Below, piece by piece: positions 11,290 through 23,400 of a DNA stretch of 35,606 nucleotides. The notes under the pieces were generated by a model, which had not been told where the DNA came from, made no database searches, and worked only from the letters and a program-made list of their open reading frames with translations. This DNA comes from Utricularia gibba (taxonomy: Eukaryota; Plantae; Magnoliophyta). The stretch covers positions 1 through 35,606 of the forward strand of contig NEEC01000132.1 in NCBI GenBank assembly GCA_002189035.1. The letters are read 5' to 3'. A program made the translations under genes and the position numbers. Position 1 is the first letter of the stretch; every line of letters starts with the position of its first letter.

Positions 11290-12079
11290 TAGTTTTTGAC
11301 TTGATGTTTTTCCCCCTGCTGTGGGGCTTTTTTTGATAATTTTGGTCTCCCGGTTCGGGATTTTCTTCTAATTTACTCTGTTTTTTGCGCATCACTTTTG
11401 CCTTTGGTGACGTTCACATTTCGGGGAAGCCCCGAGTTGGTTTGCTGTGTCTATTACGTGCTTAGACTTGGAGATTCGCCTATGTTTTTATGATTCGGCG
11501 GTGGATGCCTCCTCGCCAACCCTTTGATTGGGTTTTTTGATTTTAGTTTGCCTTAGTGTTTCCTCATGCGAGCTGAACCGCTACTAGGGAAGTAGGCCGG
11601 AACCCCTCATGGGTTGCGCGACTTCCCCAATCCGAAAGGGCCCTCTTCTGGCCATACCCCATTGTTTTGAACAAGGGTGGATTTGTTTCGTGTGCTCTTG
11701 CCGCCTCGAGATTACGACAATAAGGTCAATACTTAAGGGCTTTTTGGGGCTTACGCGTGCGATTTATATAAACCGGTGCCCGAATCATACCAAGGCTTAT
11801 TCTTGCTATTGACGCCTGGGTGGGTAGATCGCATATATTATCGTGGGAAACCCCGAGTCGATTTGCTGTATCCTACAGGGGACCCCGATTTATGAGATTC
11901 GCCTGGGCTTATGTTACTTGGCCAGAGCTTTAAATCTTTGATGGTCTGCCTGGGCTTACGCGATTCGGCCAGGGCTTGTGTTTTGTTTTCCCATCTCCAT
12001 TTCGGAGGAATTTATAGGTGCGTGAGTGCTTTGGGGAAGAGAATGCCGAATCTTGTGACAGAGATTGATATTGAGTCGG

Positions 12080-12178
12080 TTAGGCGTAGAACTTCCTTAG
12101 ATGGGATGCATTCCACGACCTCAGGAGTTCCACGCCATCTAATTGTTCCAGGCGATATGCTCCTTTTCCGATCACCCT
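12080..12178 (-). pseudogene. C-terminal tip of Tat-type integrase
   Basis: RVIGKGAYRLEQLDGVELLRSWNASHLRKFYA* in a frame offset from gag; matches the typical Tat/Retand pol terminus. Confidence 0.8.
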
Positions 12179-12179
12179 T

Positions 12180-13242
12180 GAACTTCATGATTTTCCTTAG
12201 CAATTCTCCGAGATTCTTTGGTGGGGACTTCGATAGGCTCTGTCCCAATTTCGACGTTCCTAAGGCCCGCTTCATTATTTCCACCCTTTCTTTTAAATCC
12301 AATTGGACATCCTGCGCCAGCAGTTGAATCGATCAATGAATCTTCGCAAGCTCTCTTTTCGGTGGTCATATCGAATAGAGTATAGTGATGCCTTCGAAGG
12401 TGGAGCTTCAATGTTAACAGCGTATCGGGTAGTGAAGAGCAGTATTAGTTCCCGATAAGATGCCACGCTGCATGGTTCCAGCTGTTTAAACCAAGTTTTC
12501 GCTCCTTTCTGGAGCGAGCAAGCAAACAGCTTACACTTCATGGCCTCTGAATGTCGAACTGTGGACATCTTCATATCGAAGTCGGTTACATGCGATATGG
12601 GGTCCCTTTTCCGTCATACGTGGGTAATCCGTCCGGGACCCTTAATCCTCTCTCGGGCTCTTCTCCGACTAAATCGTCTGAGAAAGGGTCAAAACGCAGC
12701 ATTGTGGTTCCAGCTGCTCCCTCAACTCCACTCTTCAAGGCCAAAGCAATATCGGCCAAAACGTCTCCTTTTCCAGTGGATACGTTCTGATCGAAAACGT
12801 CCCTGAAGCCTCTATCCTCTCTTCTTCCTGGCAACGTCCGCTTGTCGATAAACCTTTTCCTTTCGTGGATCTAGTCTAATTCTCTTTTCAACTCTTCATC
12901 TCTTTCTTCCAAGATTTTGCTAGTCATCTTCTCCCTGTTAGTTCCTGGCTCATACACGACTTGGTTGCGCCTCTTTCTCCGCAGCATTTGCTCCTCGGTT
13001 TCGGATTCAGTCTCCGTATCTGGGGGGTACTCCGGAATAAGAGGTTGCTTCCCCGTTCGTGGTGCGGTTTCGGGTGTTCTCTCCTGGGCGTTGGAGTTGA
13101 GACCTAAAGGTGCCCGGAGGTCGGTAAGGATTTCCGTTAGCAGGGCCTTCAGTCGCTCCCTCCTAGTGATCATAAGGCCGGGATCTCGAGCGTCGGCACT
13201 TCCGTCATGAGCCGGGTCGGTGGCTGTGCTATTTTCCGCCAT
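12180..13242 (-). pseudogene. Tat/Retand gag (Retrotrans_gag-like), 3' truncated
   Basis: ATG 13242 just after the PBS; LPTYDGKGDP-like motif, KCKLFACSLQKGAKTWFKQLEPCSVASYRELILLFTTRY, ESLRRFIDRF, KSPPKNLGELL. One stop and frameshifts. Confidence 0.85.
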
Positions 13243-13299
13243 GACTCGTGATTAGCGAGTGGCTCCTGTGGGTTTCTCAAATGGGACTGTGGAACGTTG

Positions 13300-13316
13300 C
13301 CCCACGGTGGGCACCA
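13300..13316 (-). promoter_or_regulatory. Primer-binding site complementary to tRNA-Lys 3' end
   Basis: TGGTGCCCACCGTGGGG, 4 nt from the LTR end (CA at 13321). Confidence 0.85.
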
Positions 13317-13320
13317 AATA

Positions 13321-13852
13321 TGTTATGAGTGAAATCGGTATCCGGTGAGAGGCCGATTTTAGGTGATAGGCGCGGTCGGGAATGCGACACTTAGTCACCT
13401 TCTTCACGGCTAGTACGATTAAAATAAGAGTGCACAGGGATTTTTTTACGTGGAAACCGCCGGAGAGCAGAAAAAACCACGGAGCTGCCGGAGCTCGCCG
13501 GAAAAGAGTTTCACTAGGCGGAGGTCGCGAAAAAGGAGAATACAACTTGAAGAAATCTTTTTTGAGTCCAACCCCTCTCTGTCATAATTCCGTCTATTTA
13601 TAGGAGAGCTCACTCTGACCGAATTTTGGTGTCTGCAAACATCGGTTGCTTTCTGCTCCTGCTATACGATCTCGCTTTTCAGGTATCGGCCGCATGTTAT
13701 GCCGTAATTCAGCCGCTTTTCAGGCTGTGTCATATGCCCATTCCTGTCAGATTTCTGACAGACGTCGATCTGTCGTCTGGCGTTATCCCCTTGGGATCTC
13801 TTTTGGCAGCCTTTTGGGAACCGATTACCCTTGGCCGATTTTTCCCTTATCA
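13321..13852 (-). repeat. 5' LTR of Tat/Retand element
   Basis: 13321-13760 matches 8180-8644. 13761-13852 extends to a TG start on the - strand flanked by the perfect TSD. Confidence 0.88.
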
Positions 13853-13857
13853 GACAT

Positions 13858-14766
13858 ATTTCTGTTCTAAAAGAGCATTTTGTTGGTGTGTATGTGGGCA
13901 AGAAACATAGTATGTAATACCTGCCTGATTAACATAACGATGTAAACAATGATATTCCCCTCCCCAATCAGATTGAACAGAACAGATGGTGTGCCCTAGT
14001 AGATGCTCAACATGTTCTTGGAAAGTCAAAAAAATGTGCTCAACATCAGATTTAGTTTTGAGAAAATCAATCCATGTGAATCTACTATAATCATCCACAA
14101 AACTAACATAATATTTGAAACCATTAATAGAAGTAATAGCAGCACCCCAAACATTAGTACGCATGAGTTCTAAAGGTTTAAGAGAAATATGAGAGGGAAA
14201 AAAAGGTAATTGATGAACCTTTGCTTGTTGACATGCATCACAAACATTGGGCATGTTGGTCGACCCTTCAACAAGGTTATTGACTTTCAAAATAGTACGA
14301 GTAATAGGGAAAGAGGGATGTCCTAGTCAGCGGTGCCACAACTCCCTAGAGAGTTGGGTTGAGGCAAGTGCTTTGCTGGACCCCTTATTTGATAGGAAGT
14401 AGAGCCATCTCTACATTCGCCTTGAAGGAGGATGTTCTTCGAGACCTGATCCTTAACAAAGAAGCAGGATGGATGAAATTCGACAAAGACGTTATTATCA
14501 CTCACAAGTTTATGGATAAAGAGGAGGTGCCTATTTATTTTGGGACACAAAGGATATTTTTCAAAAATAAGGGGTCGTGTGGCAGCAGCAATGAATGACT
14601 TTCCTACATGAGAAATGGACAAACATGTGCCATTAGCAACTTGGACCTGGTCATTTCCCATTGTAGCAATCTTTCACGGAGAGACGTTCAAGGTCATTGG
14701 TAATGTTATCGTTGGCTCCAGTGTCAACGTACCAACTTGAGTCAACTGCATAGTTGCCAACAACAG
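13858..14766 (-). pseudogene. Ale-type Copia protease, GAG-pre-integrase and integrase core remnant (inverted)
   Basis: WYVDTGANDNIT (protease); CDACQQAKVHQLPF...YYVSFVDDYSRFTWI...VQSDWGGEY...SCPHTHQQN (integrase). Confidence 0.9.
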
Positions 14767-15956
14767 TGGTAGTAATAAACGGAAATTCCTAATATCGTTG
14801 TAATAAAAATAGAAATCCGTATCAAATAAATTTATAATTTCTAATCTACACAAAATACAAATTTAGAAAACTTGTATGGTGGTTATTGGGGTCGATCACG
14901 AAGAGTTGGTGCTTGCTAAGTGTTTTAGTAAATGCATAATTCGGAATAACAATGGTCTTAGTCCAAGCTCGGACCAACAGTGGTAAACAAGTTCGGTAAA
15001 CAAGATCAGGTTTCACAACGAAAGATAATAAGTACTAGTTCTAACTCAGAATAACACGAAAATGCATTAAGGTCTGCAGGTGGTGTCATGCTAAAGTGCC
15101 TAATTTAATTTACCATGTTCCTACATTTACAACTTCAAATAACCTAAATCTACCCAGGTCATTCATCATGTTTTCGACTAAGCTAGTCCCCAATATCATA
15201 ATCAACATTGCAATTAGGTCTACCCGCATGCAAAACATATAGAACTAGATCTATCCGATCCTACTGGTTTTATCCTGGACTAACACCTACTGCTCCCATC
15301 TTGATTTGTTGGTCTATCTTTAAATCAAACATCTAAGTTGTGAAGTTACTTGTTCCCCTCCTTAGGTCTACCCATGGATTGATAGAAACAAGAGCTAAGA
15401 AACAAACATAAATTTCATTATTAACCCTAAGCACACAACCATACTTTACCTCAAGGCATCCTTAAGACTTTAGCCGCTCATGCTTGGAAAATAAGACACG
15501 ATTTCATTTAGGTAAGTTGGTGAAAATAACAGGAACATTGTAAGCAAGTCAAATACAGAAACTCGAAACGTTCAGAAAACGGAAAGCAAATAAAGATTGT
15601 TCTGTCGCCCTGTTGCTACTGTTCATAGCCCGGAACAGTAGTGCTAGACTGGGCTCTGGTGCTGCTCTTGATGATGAAGGCCTCCTTCTCCTCTTATGTT
15701 TGGTATTTTTCACATTGGGGAGAAGCCCCCTTGCGTACGTTCTGTGCTCTCTCTTCTCCCTTCTCCAAAAATATCTTCACATCTTTTTTCCATTTTTCAA
15801 AATCAATCTACTGTTCCTGACATTTGTATTATTGTGAGCCTGAACTTGCAGATTGTAGGTGGCTTAACATTAATCATGTCTCCTCCTTGTGTCTTGTGCC
15901 CATTCGAATTGTGCTCATAAACTAGCTAAATATGATCCACAATACTGCTGTTAACA
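14767..15956 (-). mobile_element. Athila-like LTR (solo or truncated)
   Basis: Non-coding, TG at 14767 and CA at 15956. Motifs GGGTCGATCACGAAGAG and TTAGCCGCTCATG resemble Athila LTRs. No matching direct TSD found. Confidence 0.5.
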
Positions 15957-15976
15957 CTTGGAAGAATATTAGAAAT

Positions 15977-16015
15977 CATAATATAGACTAAATTATTGAT
16001 TTAGTCTATATTATG
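15977..16015. repeat. Perfect 17-bp inverted repeat with 5-nt loop
   Basis: CATAATATAGACTAAAT-tattg-ATTTAGTCTATATTATG. Confidence 0.95.
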
Positions 16016-16060
16016 CATAAAAATACAAATAACACTACAATTAATAAAATATTAAAAATC

Positions 16061-16370
16061 ATTGATTGCAAACATTACTGCTAAGCTCATTTGGATACAA
16101 GCTCTTTTGAAGGAACTTGATGTGTTTCAAACTTAGCCCCCAATCTTGTGGTGTGATAATCTTGGTGCAACCTATCTCACGGCCAATCCAATCTTCCATA
16201 CTTGCACCAAGCATGTTGAAATTGATTTTCATTTTGTTTGAGAGCAGGTTACATGCAAAGCACTGGAAGTTCGCTTCATCTCCACTAAAGATCAGTTGGC
16301 TGACGTATTTACAAAGGTATTGTCCAAGATATCGATTGAAGCTGTCTGTTACAATCTCAACATTCGGTGA
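16061..16370 (+). pseudogene. Copia RNase H remnant
   Basis: IANITAKLIWIQALLKEL...[30 protein letters not shown]...DQLADVFTK, with in-frame stops; followed by PPT and LTR. Confidence 0.9.
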
Positions 16371-16390
16371 CGATTGCGATCGAGGGGGCA

Positions 16391-16605
16391 TGTTAAAAGT
16401 AACCACGTGTGACCAAGGGTTAAACTCCTAACCACTAAGACCGAGTATTACGGCACCATGGCTACCACCGCTTCCCACTCCAACTTCCCTCACATTCCTC
16501 AGATTCCTCCTTTATTTTCTAACCAACACCTGTGTATAAACACCATTGAATGATGAGACAAGTATGCTCTCTTTTAATACAAAATTATTATTCTGAATTT
16601 TTTCA
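16391..16605 (+). repeat. 3' LTR of Ale-type Copia
   Basis: TGTTAAAAG...TTTTTTCA, 215 bp, preceded by PPT and followed by TSD CAACT. Confidence 0.92.
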
Positions 16606-17133
16606 CAACTTAGGTATCACATTATTTCTACAATTATTTTTGTGTTACTAGTAAAGTTATAAATGATTTTCGATCATATTTCTCGATTAAAATATATGAA
16701 ATACTAATTTGTATTAAAAGTATTATATTTATGTTTATATTCAAGTACTACCTTGTTTATGCTTATGTTAAAATATAAGTATATTATATTTTTTCATAAA
16801 AATTCGTAAATGATCATGAACTTTAAATAAATGAACATGAACAAAATTTTTATTCAATTAACTTAAATAAAAAATATGAATAAATTTTTTATTCGATAAA
16901 TTTAAACAAAAGAATACAAACATAGATATTCGTGTTTTTTTGTTCAATATAACATCCCTAGCACAAATACAAGGAACTTGGAATATTTCTTACACTTCAA
17001 GGGTGAAATTTTTTTGGAAATTAACCAACAAAGGCACATAATCCTTAAGAAATGCACATCAAGTTTAAATTTAGATTTTCTTGAAAATCATTTTTCATTT
17101 CTTTATGATAGTCATACAAATTGAATAAAATTA

Positions 17134-17152
17134 ATATATATATATATATATA
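17134..17152. repeat. (AT)n microsatellite in AT-rich intergenic tract
   Basis: About 9 AT units. Confidence 0.85.
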
Positions 17153-20147
17153 AATATATTAAAGTAATTACTAAACTAAATTAAATATAACAATGTGGAA
17201 GTGAAACTTACCTCAAGAAATAATTTAAAAGTTAACATATATAAATTTTTTGATTTTGAATATGAAATTAATTTTTTTAATATATTCACAATAAAATACT
17301 CAAGGTATATTCATATTTGTTCATAAGCATGAAACAATTTATTCAAAACCTTTCTAATATAATCCAAAATTCCCTTTATAATTATAAGGATCAAGTTATG
17401 TATAACAATAAGATTAATATAATACTCATTTTAGTACTTATGAAATATATCTTCTCTGCTTTTTTCCAATCATGTGTAACTACACTAATTGAAGAGTTTT
17501 TAGTATTATAACATAACGTAATGATTACAAGATAATACTTTAACATATTTTGTAACATTAAATATGTGAAATTCATTTAGTTGATATATCTATCTTCAAT
17601 AAACTTCCACCAACATTTTTCTAGTGTGTATCTTGGATGCATTTATCAAGTTATCAAATTTTTTTCTTATAAATATCTTACATATTTAACATGGTATCTA
17701 AGTATCTTCAAAGCAATATTTATCACTTTCAACTCAATAATCAATGATACAATGTGATAATAATATGCTTGAATTTATTCACCAATCTCTCAATACTCCC
17801 TATAATTTTATAATTAGTAACTCTTTAATATGTAGACCATTCAATTTTAAAAATGTAAACAATTTAGAGCTTTATTTCCAATGCTCATGAATATATAGAA
17901 TAGTGATATCTTTTATAGTAACAATTGTCCAAACATATAATGTCAAACAATTCATCTATAAATAGAGGACAATGAAGATTCAAATCTTTACTTTCTTTAG
18001 CATAAATTTTTATGCAATCAGCTTTTGTAATTATTGTACTAATAAATTTAAAATCAAGATTAAGAACTTGATTTTTAATATTAACATCTTCATATTCATT
18101 ATAAGTAAAAGAAAGATCATGGTTCTTGCCACTGAATCGAAATGCCTTATGTTAAATTTCACGTAACTTACCAATATAGTTTGGTCACTAAGCAAAAAAA
18201 TTATATCATTAAATTTTAAATTTTATATGACTTTGAATTTTTTATGCAATAGTTGTGATTGTATATCCTTACCCTTCAGTTTTTTGATATTTTCAAAATG
18301 ATTTCATATTTCAAATTTAGGTCTTTAATAATAGAATATTACCACTGATGTCTTCTAAATTCTTTATCATAGAAGTTGTAACAAATGCAAAATATTATCC
18401 CAAATTTGCAAAGTAAAACTACATTCTTCTAAATTATCAAATTTCATATTAATAAGCACAAATAAACCTTTAAAATAATTTGTACACTAATTTTGAAGAA
18501 CCATATTTAATATTCTAATAATAACCAAAATAATTAAATTACTAAATATATTAATTAAATAGTGTAAAAAAGTCATATTCTAATGCAATCATCATCAAAT
18601 TTGCTATAAAAATTAAAATTCAAATAAATTAGCATACTAGAAAATAGCAAACATATTAATGTAATAAAATAAGAATATTTACAATGCATATAAAGAGATA
18701 ACTTATCTACGATTTTCTTTTTAAATTAGGAAACTCAAGATTTTAGAATTATAAATTTAAAAAAACAAGTAACAAAAACCTTTTTTTCTGAATTCTTCAA
18801 ATATCAAAAAGCGTATAATATCTTCAAATAAAAAAAAAGAATGATATTGAAGATTGACTACTGTTTGGCTACTATCATTTTAACACAAGTGTATTCAATA
18901 CTAATAGAATAATTATTGCGAAGGTTGCCATTTATGAAGGATTTTGCAATAGTAATTGAAGCCACATTTTTGGCATATAAAATCCTTACATTCAATTTTG
19001 GTCTTAGGCCCACACGGCTTCTTGGTCCTAAGCTTAATCAGGCTTAAAGGCTTTTGATAGTAATTTTGCAATTACATATAAACCGTCGAAATAATAAAAT
19101 AAGATTGTATTTATAAAATGAGGACTCAAAACAACTAAAAAAAAAGAAAGACCGATTTTAAAAGAGATATAAAAAGTGGCTTTGGATGTAGAATCCACAA
19201 TACTCAAAACTCATCCATATCTATGTATGCAAACTTTGAGCACTGAGGTGCTTGGATAAGTTTTGGTGTGTTATTTTAAATAGTCCTATTCAGTCATCGT
19301 TATATCAACGTCTCTCATTTAATAGGATTATAGAATTAACCACGTCACTAGAACTATTTTATCTATTATGATAATCCATGTTTTCCCCACAATCAAATCT
19401 AACCTCTACACCTCATACCACACACATAGATTACACAAAATGTGTTTTATCAATGATATATGATTGAGCCATTCTCCTTAGGTGTTTGAGGCCAATCCAA
19501 GATTCTCCCACACTCTATTAAAGTTATAAGATACTTAAGAGCACGTTGGTAAGATATAGTAAAACAGTCACAAGGAAGGTTTTACCGTAGATCTTTAGTT
19601 GCAAGCAAACATGGCTTCACTACAGATCCTTAACCACAAGCACCTATACGTGTACACTTTACTCTAACATGAAAATAAATACGAAAAATAAGGAAAAATA
19701 CAAAAGAAAACTAGTCCAAAGATGTCTATAATGGTTGAGAGAGTGGGATATATATAGGAGAAAAGATTCATGTCTTCGTATTGGACTTAGATGATGGGTT
19801 TGGATAAAATATTCTATCCAAATATTTTATTTAGACATTCCAAGATTATTTTCAAATATTTATCTTATTCATGAATCTTTCACCAAATCTATAAATTATT
19901 GGATCTTGTTTTTTCCTCAAATTGATCCAAAGATACTTTAAAAATCTATAAAATACAATTTCTCTTCAAAAAAATCAAGGTAGTGTAAAAGATGTAAAAT
20001 CAATTGAAAATAATGAGAAAGTGGAGTATAACGTAAGAAAAACAACACTCAAGATTAATGAAAGAATATGTTTTGGAATGATACAAAATCACTTATCGAC
20101 TTTGAGGCTATGGCCAAAAGATGTAATAATTTTTACACGTCAACCAT

Positions 20148-20319
20148 TAGGAATGGCAAATAAATGAAACCATTAGATATCCTACCCTTCCCAAATTGTG
20201 AGTGTTGGATTTTTCATGGGTTTAGAGAGGGTGAGGGTTTGAAAATTTCCAACACATGGTGAGGTCGGGTGAATGTGGAGTTATTATTAAGTTTGTGCCC
20301 ATGCCATTGCCATTAACTA
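20148..20319. mobile_element. Degenerate hAT-type MITE
   Basis: Ends TAGGAATGGCAA ... TTGCCATTAACTA resemble TAGGGATGGCAA-type TIRs. No 8-bp TSD found. Confidence 0.35.
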
Positions 20320-20426
20320 ATTCTAAAATAATACATTGTATATTGATATATATTATATATAATATCATGCTATTTAATTAAAGCTCAAATTCGTGTTCAA
20401 GCCCAAATAGAAATTTAAGTCCATTT

Positions 20427-23276
20427 TGTTGTTGGATGATGAAGTTGGAGAAATCAAGATGAATGCTGATCATTATGGGAGAAGATGCTGTCAAAAGGAG
20501 GCTGATTAGTAGCAACTGTTATGGTTATTGAGAGTAGTTATATTTGGATAGAATTAATGTAATAAACTGATATGGTTAAGGTTTAGAAACAGTAGTGTCT
20601 TGTGTGTGATAGTATAAGTACGTCATTGCTTTTGTAAGAAAGGTTGGCCGTTTATAAATGAAAGCAAAAAAAAGTTATGTAATTTTGATCCCTTCCTCTA
20701 TGACAGTTGAATCAGAGCAGGTTTTCGGAAAGAAGATGGCAACTAGTGATTGCTTAGGAGGATCAGAGTAATTCCCATTCCCATTCCCATTGTTGATAAA
20801 AGAGAATTACTATTGGAAAATCCGAATGCAAACGATATTTGGTGTGTAGGAAGTTTAGGAAGTAGTTCGAAATGGGATTACACCCATGTCTAATGCTGCA
20901 ACTCTGAGAAGAGACAAGAAGGTCTTATTGATTATTCACCAAGCACTGAATGAGAAGTACTTTAAGATGGTCTCCAAGGCAACTTCATCAAAATATGCAT
21001 GGGACTCCTTTATTGCTGCATTCTTAGGTGTAGATGAGGTGAAACGGGTGAAACTTCAAACTCTAACGGCTGAGTTTGTAGGCTTGAAACAAGAGCTTGA
21101 GGAAAGTGTGAATCACTATGTCATTAGAATGCAAAGTTTGCAAACCAGGTGAACTATTTTGATGAAACGGCCGTTGAAGTAAGGATTGTGGAGAAAGTCC
21201 TCCATTCATTGGATAAGAAATTTATCTTTGTGGTGGTTTCCATTGAGGAAGCAACTGATTGAAACATATTGACAGTTGATGAATTAAGAGGGTCATTACA
21301 AGCATATGAAGAGAGGCTTAAAGATGATGATGAACTTCATCTACCAAATTGCTACACCTCAATGTTGCAGGTTTGGGAAGAGGTGAGAAAAAGTAGCATA
21401 GTCCTCGTGGAAATTGGAGAGGATGTGGCTATTGCAGGGGTTCTGGATGTTTTAATATATCCAATAACCATCAGGACATGATCTCCATCACATAATGGAG
21501 ACAGTGGAAATAATTAGAAAGGCCGAGGTAGAGGATTCTTCAAGAACAACTCCAAAAACTCTGCTAAAAATAATTATCAGAAAAAGAAGGCAAACATTGA
21601 GTGCTACAACTGCCATAAGATGGGTCATTCTTCATGGGAGTGTTATCAAGAAAAACAAGACCAAAGTAATCTTACTGAAGGAGTGCAAGAAATGGAGTCT
21701 TAGTAGATTGATGAATAACCGATTTTGCTAATGGCCAAGGAAGATGATCAAAGGTGTTCAAACACTTGGTATCTGGGTACTGGAGCCATGAATCACATGT
21801 GAGGCCAGAAAACTTCATTTTCTAACATAAAAAAGGATCGAGGAGGCTTCATCTCACTTGCAGATGCATTGAAATCGGTAGTGGGAGGCAAAGGGAGTTT
21901 TACTCTTTGTATGAGGAATGGTAATTTTGTCTCCGATGCTAATGTATTATATGTTCATAATCTTAAGAACAACATTCTGAGCCTTTGACAGTTTATAGAG
22001 AATGGATGTGATTTTTCTACACAAAACAAGTGCCTAAATTTGATTGATCAGGATGGAAGAGCAATTTTCACAATCAAAATGCAAGTAAATAGGATGTTCC
22101 CCCTAAAGCTTCAAGTGGTTACTCCCATGTGTCTTAAAGCATGTTTTGATCATCAAGATTGGTCATAGCATTTGAGACTTGGGCACATCAACTTCGAGAG
22201 GCTGAAGACGATGAGTCAGAAACAACTTGTGAAAGGCCTTCCTCATATTGATCATCCTGGTGCGGAGTTTGTATTTTTTGGAAGCAACCAAGAGCAAAGA
22301 TCTCAAAGATGAAGGAATTTTGAGGAAGTTAGCCACTTGAATTGATCTATAGTGATGTTTGTGGACCAATGAAACCAGAAACTTTGAGAGGAAATAAGTA
22401 TATTTTGCTCTTTATTGATGATTACAGCAAGAAGACATGGATTTATATCTTAAAATTTAAATCTGATGTGTTTCAGATTTTCTGTGAATACCAGGTAGTG
22501 GTATAGAGAGGCAAATTGGACTTTTAGTAAGAAGATTGAGACCAAGGGGAGAGTTCACTCCCAACACGTTTTGTTAGTATTGCAAAACCTAAGGCATTCA
22601 TCCTGAATTTTTTGCAGCAAGGAATTCACAAAAAAATAGGCTTGCAGAAAGGAAAACATCAAGAAAATATTGGATATGGTGAGAAGCTTACTAAAGACAA
22701 AAAGTATGTCGAAGGAACTTTGAGGAGAAACTGTTGTTCTGATAATTTATATTTTGAATAGGAACTCTTCTCGAAATTGAAAAACATGACCATCTATTTC
22801 ACACATGAAAGTCTTCCGATCAATTACATATGCTCATAAGGATGATATACTGAGAATCAAACTGGATGATAAATTACAAAAGCTTGTGTTTATTGGCTAT
22901 GACCAGACTTCAAAGAAGTACAAGCTATTTGATCTTGGAAGAAACAAATCCATCTCAAAAGAGATGTGGTTTTTAGTGAGTCCAAAAGTTGGGATTGAAA
23001 GTTTTTTGATAATCAACACACTTTCATTAATGATTCTCCATTTGATGATGATTTACAAGTTCCCATGGCTACACCTATTGATCCTGAAAATGTGAAAACA
23101 CCGGTAAGAGAGCAAGTCAGGAGAATTCCAAGGCACTTGGAAGATTTTGTGTATGACTTACCTTGATAGAGTCATGAATTTTTTCAAGAAGTTGGCAGTT
23201 TTAGTCACTTGTCTCTTTATAGAAACTGAACCTGTAGATTTCTTTGAAGCAGTTACGGAACCAGTATGGCAGGAAG
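20427..23276 (+). mobile_element. Ty1/Copia (Ivana/ONSEN-like), 3' truncated and heavily decayed
   Basis: 5' LTR ~20427-20705 (TG...CA). Degenerate tRNA-Met PBS GTTGAATCAGAGC 20706-20718. gag from ATG 20736 (RRDKKVLLIIHQALNE...VKRVKLQTL...LTVDELRGSLQAYEERLK), CCHC knuckle CYNCHKMGHSSWEC, protease WYLGTGAMNHM, integrase SDVCGP...FIDDYSKKTW, KLDDKLQKLVFIGY. Stops at RT start (EPVDFFEAV). Confidence 0.88.
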
Positions 23277-23400
23277 TAGAGGTGGGGTCGGTTCGAACTG
23301 GAACCGTACGGTTTCGGTTCGGTTCGGCATATTTGGAACCGTGGAACCGACAGTTCCGACCCGTGTGTGAGCTATATTGTTCACGGTTCTTCGGAACCGA
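23277..23400 (+). mobile_element. One end of a hAT-like DNA element with AACCG/CGGTT subterminal repeats
   Basis: TAGAGGTG terminus followed by many CGGTT/AACCG motifs; begins exactly where the Ivana RT breaks off. No second end seen. Confidence 0.5.

Larger units (their letters stand above)
8180..13852 (-). mobile_element. Ty3/Gypsy Tat/Retand-type non-autonomous LTR retrotransposon (gag plus antisense accessory gene, pol deleted)
   Basis: LTRs at 8180-8644 and 13321-13760(13852). TSD GACAT at 8175-8179 and 13853-13857. tRNA-Lys-type PBS TGGTGCCCACCGTGGGG (13316-13300). gag remnant, last ~30 codons of integrase, and an antisense Transposase_28-like gene. Confidence 0.88.
6798..16605 (+). 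mobile_element. Ty1/Copia LTR retrotransposon (Ale/Retrofit type) with inverted, deleted and nested interior
   Basis: Direct-repeat LTRs 6798-~6994 and 16391-16605 (TG...CA). 5-bp TSD CAACT at 6793-6797 and 16606-16610. PPT GAGGGGGC 16382-16389. RNase H on + ([29 protein letters not shown]...STKDQLADVFTK). PR/IN/RT remnants on - strand. Confidence 0.9.

Noticed and set aside
13761-13765. GACGT as right TSD of the Tat element (LTR ending at 13760)
   Set aside because: A perfect GACAT with a proper TG/CA terminus occurs at 13853-13857, so it is preferred.
8180-13852. Long direct repeats as a CRISPR array or segmental duplication
   Set aside because: They are LTR pairs with PBS, TG/CA ends and TSDs. 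There is no repeat-spacer array and the DNA is eukaryotic.
14762-15952. AACAG (14762-14766) and CTGTT (15948-15952) as an inverted TSD
   Set aside because: CTGTT lies inside the presumed LTR end; a 5-nt match is likely chance.
16611-20140. Possible Helitron, MITE or LTR remnants and short ORFs in the AT-rich tract
   Set aside because: No paired termini, TSD or coding motif could be confirmed; the ORFs are low-complexity artefacts.
20427-20705. Heat-shock elements in the ONSEN-like LTR
   Set aside because: No nGAAnnTTCn arrays are visible; gag similarity alone does not imply heat responsiveness.
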